The position numbers were made by a program, and so were the translations under genes. Shown here in pieces: positions 58,262 to 64,000 of a stretch of DNA of 64,000 nucleotides. Position 1 is the stretch's first letter. Each line of letters starts with the position of its first letter. The stretch lies in assembly GCA_963729715.1 (NCBI GenBank), contig CAVSPA010000006.1, forward strand, positions 416,001-480,000, read 5' to 3'. Origin of the DNA: an uncultured delta proteobacterium. GTDB taxonomy: Bacteria > Desulfobacterota > Syntrophia > Syntrophales > UBA2185. The notes beneath the pieces are model-generated. The model searched no databases. It saw only the letters and a list, made by a program, of their open reading frames with translations, and was not told the DNA's origin.

Positions 58262-60202
58262 TTATGAGATATGCCTTAGATTCAGTGCACCGCCGGCGAG
58301 GAGAATTTTTTTCTGCCGCTCCGACAGATTGTAATTAACCTCAAATGATACGCCGTTGGAGACGTTCCTGACGATCATCCTTCCGTTTCCCTCGATCGTC
58401 TTTCTAACGTCCGCAATCTCAAGGCTGTCCCCCTGGCTAATGCGCTCGTAGTCCTTTTCATCCTTAAACGTAACGGGAAGGATTCCGAAGTTTATCAGGT
58501 TCGCCGTGTGAATTCTTTCGAAAGATTTGGCGATGATGGCCTTCACACTCAGGAACATAGGCCCCATGGCGGCGTGTTCTCTTGACGAACCCTGCCCGTA
58601 TGAAATTCCGGCGATGATGACATTGTGCTTTCCTCTGCTCTGGATTTCCTTAGCGCGCTTGAAGAAGCGCCGGTCCAGCAGCTCAAAAAAATACTCCGAA
58701 TATTTGGCTATGTTTGATCGATATTTCATCCTGGTGCCGGCAGGGACAATATGATCGGTCGTGATTTTATCCCCGACCTTGATGGTTACTTCACCTTTGA
58801 TCGCATCGGGAAACGGATCATTCACAGGTGGAACGCCTATATTAGGCCCCCGGAAAATTTCTATTGCAGAGGAATTCTCAGTCGATTCAGGCGTGATGAT
58901 CATACTGTCATCGATGTGGAAGCGATCAGGCATGTTCACCTCCGGATATGCCATGCCGAGGTCACGGGGGTCGGTGAATTTTCCTGTTATTGCCGAGACT
59001 GCCGCAGTTTCCGGGCTTACGATATACACATCTGCGTCAATCGTGCCTGACCGGCCGAGGAAGTTTCTATTTGATGTGCGGAGGGACACCCCTCTCGTCT
59101 GGGGACTCTGGCTGTTGCCGATGCAGAATCCGCATGCGCTTTCCATGAGTCTTGCCCCGGCCATAATGAGGGCGGTAAGATAGCCAGCTGCTGCAAGATT
59201 TTCCAGCACCTGTCGCGAGCCGGGTGCAATGACAAGACTGACCTTCGGGTGGACCACGCGGCCTTTCAAAATCTTGGCGACTGTTACTAGGTCTTTGAAG
59301 GATGAGTTTGTGCAGCTTCCGATACAGACCTGGTCCACGCGAATTCCTTCCACGTCCCTCACGGGGCTTACGTTGTCGGGGCTGTGTGGTTTTGCTGTGA
59401 GTGGAGTGAGATGAGAGATGTCAATATCAACGATTCGGTCATATTCTGCATCTGGATCGGCTCTTATTTCCTGCCAGTCATCAAGCCGATCCTGGGCCTT
59501 CAAGAAAATCCGCGTCATCTGGTCACTGGGGAAGACGGAGGTGGTTACGCCGCATTCCGCGCCCATATTGGCTATGGTGGCCCTCTCGGGCACCGAAAGA
59601 GTTGCTGTGCCCTCTCCCCCATATTCAAAGACGAACCCGACATTTCCTTTCGTGGTAAAAATCTCAAGCACCTTCAGGATAATGTCCTTGGCGGATGTCC
59701 ACGGAGGTAGTTTCCCGGTAAGATTGATCTTGATTATCCTAGGACAGGCAAAGAAAAAAGGTTCCCCCGCCATGGTCAAGGCCACATCGAGGCCGCCGGC
59801 CCCGATGGCGAGCATGCCGAGCGCTCCGCCTGTAGGCGTGTGGCTGTCGGAACCGAGGAGCGTTTTCCCCGGTTTTCCAAACCTCTCAAAGTGAACTTGG
59901 TGGCAGATACCGTTTCCCGCCCGGGAAAAGTATATGCCGTACTTCTGCGCTACAGTTTGCAGGTACCTGTGGTCATCGGAATTTTCAAATCCGCTCTGAA
60001 TGGTGTTATGATCAACATAACTTATGGACATTTCTGTTCTGACTCTCGGAACCTGCATCGATTCAAACTCAAGATAGGCCATGGTCCCTGTGGCGTCCTG
60101 CGTCAGGGTCTGATCGATTCTAATTCCGATCTCAGTTCCGTGAACGAATCTACCGGAAACAATATGTGCTTCAATTATTTTTTCGGTGATCGTCTTGCCC
60201 AT
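58262..60202 (-). CDS. acn: Aconitate hydratase (short type)
   Basis: QDATG, DHN, GICHQ, DSHT, IGSCTN, CGFCIG, TSNRNF, TTDHI and YGQGSSREHAA. Confidence 0.93.
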   Translation of the reverse strand: MGKTITEKIIEAHIVSGRFVHGTEIGIRIDQTLTQDATGTMAYLEFESMQVPRVRTEMSISYVDHNTIQSGFENSDDHRYLQTVAQKYGIYFSRAGNGICHQVHFERFGKPGKTLLGSDSHTPTGGALGMLAIGAGGLDVALTMAGEPFFFACPRIIKINLTGKLPPWTSAKDIILKVLEIFTTKGNVGFVFEYGGEGTATLSVPERATIANMGAECGVTTSVFPSDQMTRIFLKAQDRLDDWQEIRADPDAEYDRIVDIDISHLTPLTAKPHSPDNVSPVRDVEGIRVDQVCIGSCTNSSFKDLVTVAKILKGRVVHPKVSLVIAPGSRQVLENLAAAGYLTALIMAGARLMESACGFCIGNSQSPQTRGVSLRTSNRNFLGRSGTIDADVYIVSPETAAVSAITGKFTDPRDLGMAYPEVNMPDRFHIDDSMIITPESTENSSAIEIFRGPNIGVPPVNDPFPDAIKGEVTIKVGDKITTDHIVPAGTRMKYRSNIAKYSEYFFELLDRRFFKRAKEIQSRGKHNVIIAGISYGQGSSREHAAMGPMFLSVKAIIAKSFERIHTANLINFGILPVTFKDEKDYERISQGDSLEIADVRKTIEGNGRMIVRNVSNGVSFEVNYNLSERQKKILLAGGALNLRHIS

Positions 60203-60220
60203 GAGATTCTTGTTATGCTT

Positions 60221-61015
60221 TCACTCCTTGGGGAGGAGAATAATGGCAATCCTCCGGTTCTTGGCCCGACCTTCCGGGGTGTCGTTGCCTGCTATGGGCT
60301 TATATTCACCAAAAGCAGTAGCTGATAAAAGGGTCGGATCGATTCCCTGCTGCTGCAAATATTTCGTGACATTGATGGCTCGGGCCGCCGAAAGTTCCCA
60401 GTTTGTGGGGTACTGCTTCACGAGAGCGCCTTTAATCTTTACGTTGTCAGTGTGCCCCTCAATGCGGATCGACTTATCCTTGACATTCTTGAGGATATCG
60501 TTGACCCGCTTCAAAACGGCCAGTCCTTCTTTTGTCACCTCTGACTGTCCGGAGGCAAAGAGGATTTTATCCACCACATCCAATGTCAGTTTTCCTTTAA
60601 GTTCTGAAATAGTGATCTGACCCTTGGCAACCTCTCCCTTCATTTCCTGCATCAGCTGCTTGTAAGTATTGCTCTCAGTCACAACCTCTGCCTCTTTCTT
60701 TTTCAGGTCTGCAAGATCCGCATTCAGTCTTGTATTCTCCGCTTCGAGGTCAGCAGTCTTCTGCCTGAGATCCGCGATTGACTTGGAAAGGTCATCGGCC
60801 TTCGATTTCAGGACCTTGTCCAGTTCGTCTCTCTCGTTGGCTGCCTTGGCAAACGCCTCTTTCAGTTGGTCTCTGTCCGCCTTCATTGCCGCGAGTTGCT
60901 GCGCCTGACTATCCGCTTCCGCTGCCTTCTTGTCGTAGGTGGCTGTCGTTACGCAGCCGCCGATAAGAAAGGAAAACATTATAACAATGATGAATGATAG
61001 CGCTTTGTTATGCAT
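60221..61015 (-). CDS. OmpA/MotB-domain coiled-coil lipoprotein
   Basis: Lipobox IGGC, coiled coil, ILF.SG, IEGHTDN, NWELSAARA and NRRI. RBS before ATG 61015. Confidence 0.9.
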   Translation of the reverse strand: MHNKALSFIIVIMFSFLIGGCVTTATYDKKAAEADSQAQQLAAMKADRDQLKEAFAKAANERDELDKVLKSKADDLSKSIADLRQKTADLEAENTRLNADLADLKKKEAEVVTESNTYKQLMQEMKGEVAKGQITISELKGKLTLDVVDKILFASGQSEVTKEGLAVLKRVNDILKNVKDKSIRIEGHTDNVKIKGALVKQYPTNWELSAARAINVTKYLQQQGIDPTLLSATAFGEYKPIAGNDTPEGRAKNRRIAIILLPKE

Positions 61016-61238
61016 GCATGCCTCCTTCAAAATTCTCACAATTATTTATTCACTCTGTCTTGCCGTGGTACTTGGCTCTTCTGTGCAAACGGCAACTCTC
61101 GCTCCGTAATCGCCTAACCGCTCTTTATCTTTTTTTTGCCATCTATGCCAAGTGAAGAATATATATGGTATGCGAATAAATCAATAGAAATGTGTCTTCA
61201 TCAGCATGCAGCATCCCTTGCGGACACGTGGGTGAATA

Positions 61239-61269
61239 AAAAAATGGGACATGCCTATGTCCCATCTTT
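61239..61269 (-). terminator. Intrinsic terminator after the LysM-NlpC/P60 gene
   Basis: atgggacat/atgtcccat stem with a minus-strand T tract. Confidence 0.75.
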
Positions 61270-61307
61270 CCAATCTCGTTGCTGTTCCCCACGCTGCGAA
61301 GGGTGGA

Positions 61308-62273
61308 CTATACGCCGCTGTCTAACCCCTTGATCCTGACGGCTTTGACAAAGCGTTTGTCATAATAAGGTTTGTCGAGGGTATCTATTCTGACTCTTCT
61401 CTCCCGGCCGGCTGAGGCGTGGACGAATTCGTTATTTCCTATATATATCCCCACATGTCCATAGGCCCGCCTCGTATTGAAGAAGACGAGGTCTCCCTCT
61501 TTAAGTTCATCTCTCGATACGCGCTGCCCCACGCGTGCCTGTTCCTTTGCAGTTCTCGGAAGGCTGACATCAAAAAACTCGTAAAGCTTTTTCACAAATG
61601 AAGAACAATCCAAACCTCTGACTGATGATCCTCCCCATCGATAGGGAGCTCCCAAAAATCCTTTGGCGACACGGACAAATAATGACCTTTCATGGGGACT
61701 GTCCCAGTTGCCGAGCAATTCAGAGCTTGTATCTGCATCCTTGTCCACTTCCGCCAAGTCATTGTTCATGACAAGGTCGTCATCATCGCCGAGAAATTCA
61801 TCGTCTTCGGCTGATTCATCAGTTTCATCAGTTCTCGCCGTCGCCAGTTCTCTCACAGGGCCGTGCCTGGCAAGGACAAGCTTCTGTCCTATCTTCAGAG
61901 ATCTCGCATTTACATGATTCAGCCTGCTGATTTCAGTTACGGGATGGCCTGTTTTCTTTGCGATGGTTTTTAGAGTATCACCCTTTTTCACCACATAGTA
62001 TTCGGCGCTATTGGAATTTGTCTTCTTGACTTTTGCTATTTTTTTCCTGCCGTTGTCAGGAATGGTGAGGACTTGTCTGGGTTGGAGGGCGTCGCTTGTC
62101 AGACCGTTTGCTTCCATCAAGGCCTGAGGAGTAACGCCGAACTTTTTTGAAACCTTGGCGAGTGAATCGCCTCGTTTGACTTTATATTCCTTTGCAAAGA
62201 CCTCCTGGCTGAGGCCAAATGCAGTGAACAGGACAATCAGTCCCATCCATAGGAAAATCTGCCGTCTCATCAT
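61308..62273 (-). CDS. LysM x2 + NlpC/P60 peptidoglycan endopeptidase
   Basis: Signal peptide, YKVKRGDSL, YVVKKGDTL, PYRWGG, DCS, HVGIY and FVHAS. RBS before ATG 62273. Confidence 0.93.
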   Translation of the reverse strand: MMRRQIFLWMGLIVLFTAFGLSQEVFAKEYKVKRGDSLAKVSKKFGVTPQALMEANGLTSDALQPRQVLTIPDNGRKKIAKVKKTNSNSAEYYVVKKGDTLKTIAKKTGHPVTEISRLNHVNARSLKIGQKLVLARHGPVRELATARTDETDESAEDDEFLGDDDDLVMNNDLAEVDKDADTSSELLGNWDSPHERSLFVRVAKGFLGAPYRWGGSSVRGLDCSSFVKKLYEFFDVSLPRTAKEQARVGQRVSRDELKEGDLVFFNTRRAYGHVGIYIGNNEFVHASAGRERRVRIDTLDKPYYDKRFVKAVRIKGLDSGV

Positions 62274-62664
62274 GAAGTACCTCCTCTTTTTCATTCGGGG
62301 GATCCCCATTTTGTTAACGGTGCACAGATTTTGGCAATGGATAGCAAGCTGCACACAAAAAAGCTAACGGTCCCTTTTACAGAAGAAGTCATTATAAGTC
62401 AAAGAAAATTTTCATATAAATGCAGAATTTTCAATAAAATTAAATAAAATCAGGTTATTTGGCTTCAGCAAAATAGCGGTTTCAGGTGCTCATGGGGGTC
62501 ATAATTGCTCCCAAAATGCTTCCCGGGGGGTCGGTTGCTACCCCTTGCTTTCAGATGACGATTTGGTATATGAAGCATTCACGATGGCGTGATGTCAGAG
62601 AGAGCATTGATTCCTCCCTGTCCCCTGCAGCAAAACAAGGCATGAAGGAATTCCATGAGTTGAG

Positions 62665-63504
62665 ATGAAATTTTTTTTTAGACTTGCTATCCTTCTTCTT
62701 GTAGCCGCCCTGGTCGCCAGTATCGGCTTGTACTTTATTTACCCGGACGTTTCCAAACTGAGAAAGGTTCCTCCGAAGAAGACGGCCTTCATGGAGTACC
62801 GGGAAAAGGAGTGGCAGAACCAGAGTAAAAAGAAAAAGATTATTCAGCAATGGGTGCCTCTGTCGCAAATTCCTCCATACGTTATAAAGGCAGTCATTAT
62901 TGCCGAAGACGATAAATTTTGGAGTCATGAGGGGTTCGATTATGAGGCCATGCAGAAGGCCATTGAAAAAGATATTAAGAAGAGAAAGTTCGCCTTGGGC
63001 GGGAGTACGATAAGCCAGCAACTCGCAAAGAACCTGTATCTGACACCGTCCAAAAATCCGATTCGTAAGATCAAGGAAGCCATCCTCACCTGGCGGCTGG
63101 AGAGAAATCTCTCCAAGAGGAGGATCATAGAGCTCTACGTGAATTGCGTTGAATGGGGCGACGCTGTGTTTGGCATCGGGGCTGCCGCGCGCCACTACTT
63201 CAACAAGGACGTGTCGGAGCTTACCGCCCAGGAGGCGGCGCGGCTCGCGGCCGTCCTCCCGAATCCCATAAGGTTCAATCCCACCGGCACATCGAAGTAC
63301 GTAGAGAGCCGCGCCGATAGGATATACGAGATCATGGTACGGCGTGGCGTCGTAATACCCGAATACGAAGAGATGATAAGTGAGCCACAAAAAATTGAAG
63401 GGGAAGAACTTAATAGCTCCCGGGAACCTTCACAGCCATCTGCCAGTGATAATGCTGCGAAGACAGGCAAGCCCGATAACATTTCTCCGCAGGAGAAAAA
63501 GTAA
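62665..63504 (+). CDS. mtgA: Monofunctional peptidoglycan transglycosylase
   Basis: AEDDKFWSHEG, GGSTISQQLAKNL, RKIKE, RIIELYVN and LAAVLPNP. Confidence 0.95.
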   Translation: MKFFFRLAILLLVAALVASIGLYFIYPDVSKLRKVPPKKTAFMEYREKEWQNQSKKKKIIQQWVPLSQIPPYVIKAVIIAEDDKFWSHEGFDYEAMQKAIEKDIKKRKFALGGSTISQQLAKNLYLTPSKNPIRKIKEAILTWRLERNLSKRRIIELYVNCVEWGDAVFGIGAAARHYFNKDVSELTAQEAARLAAVLPNPIRFNPTGTSKYVESRADRIYEIMVRRGVVIPEYEEMISEPQKIEGEELNSSREPSQPSASDNAAKTGKPDNISPQEKK

Positions 63505-64000
63505 CCTGCGAAAGGACAGTGAAAACCAGTGTACTGATCTGGAAAAGATTCTCTAAGAGTTGCAATTCTCTTTCATCAAATCGGGCGGATGAGAGGTGCC
63601 CACTGTATACCGGCTCCCCATTAAAGATGAAAATGGGCACTGGAAGGAAATGCTTGTCTTGCAGTGAAGTTGATTATTGCTTCCACCTCCTACTTATCAT
63701 TTGTGTTAATCATGAAGAGTAACCGACATTTTTTGAGGGTGGGCAAAGCTATTGTGGATGTCGCAGCAGTCCAGACAATGGCATCAATGCGACTTGAAAG
63801 AAGGCTACCAATCAATTCCGTGACTTCTTAAAAAATCTTGAGACGCTTTACTACCTAATCTTGAAGCTATTCTAAAATCTTCTATCGCCTGATTGCGGTT
63901 GCCAAGGCTGTTATAAGCAATTCCTCGGTTCTTATAGGCCTCTGCATACTTCGGGTTAATATCGATGGCTCTGTTGAAATCCCCAATCGAAATGACACTG

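Noticed and set aside
63505..64000. Small ORFs and an AGGAGG on the minus strand at the window end
   Set aside because: No start codon at proper spacing and no motifs; context is truncated.

Overview
This is chromosomal DNA from an anaerobic diderm bacterium. Gene content and order suggest a Syntrophales-like deltaproteobacterium (Desulfobacterota); this is an inference, not a database result. No rRNA, tRNA or CRISPR array was seen. 1-17.9 kb holds housekeeping genes (pgk 3' part, truA, rfbD, mutL, miaA, valS, nadC, birA, coaX, coaE, gamma-carbonic anhydrase) interleaved with uncharacterised exported or lipoprotein genes. 17.9-27 kb is an accessory patchwork of single envelope and hydrolase genes separated by AT-rich spacers with short repeats, plus one pseudogene. 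28-44 kb is an acyl-CoA catabolic cluster: a PAS/sigma54 activator, a canonical -24/-12 promoter with tandem upstream palindromes, a family I CoA-transferase, a 4-hydroxybutyryl-CoA dehydratase (AbfD) homologue, an MFS transporter and two different ETF/acyl-CoA dehydrogenase modules (ferredoxin-fused CarDE-like and FixABCX-like). 44-64 kb holds mobA, rubrerythrin, paaK, pduO, an MTAP-family phosphorylase, trxA, bamD, an APH-AAA kinase, a family III CoA-transferase pair, rlmN, icd, a TM0106 nuclease, aconitase, an OmpA/MotB lipoprotein, a LysM-NlpC/P60 protein and mtgA. The best candidate for new biology is the AbfD homologue and its operon. Its Fe-S cysteines are kept, but most known dehydratase catalytic residues appear replaced, which points to a different reaction on an unknown substrate.
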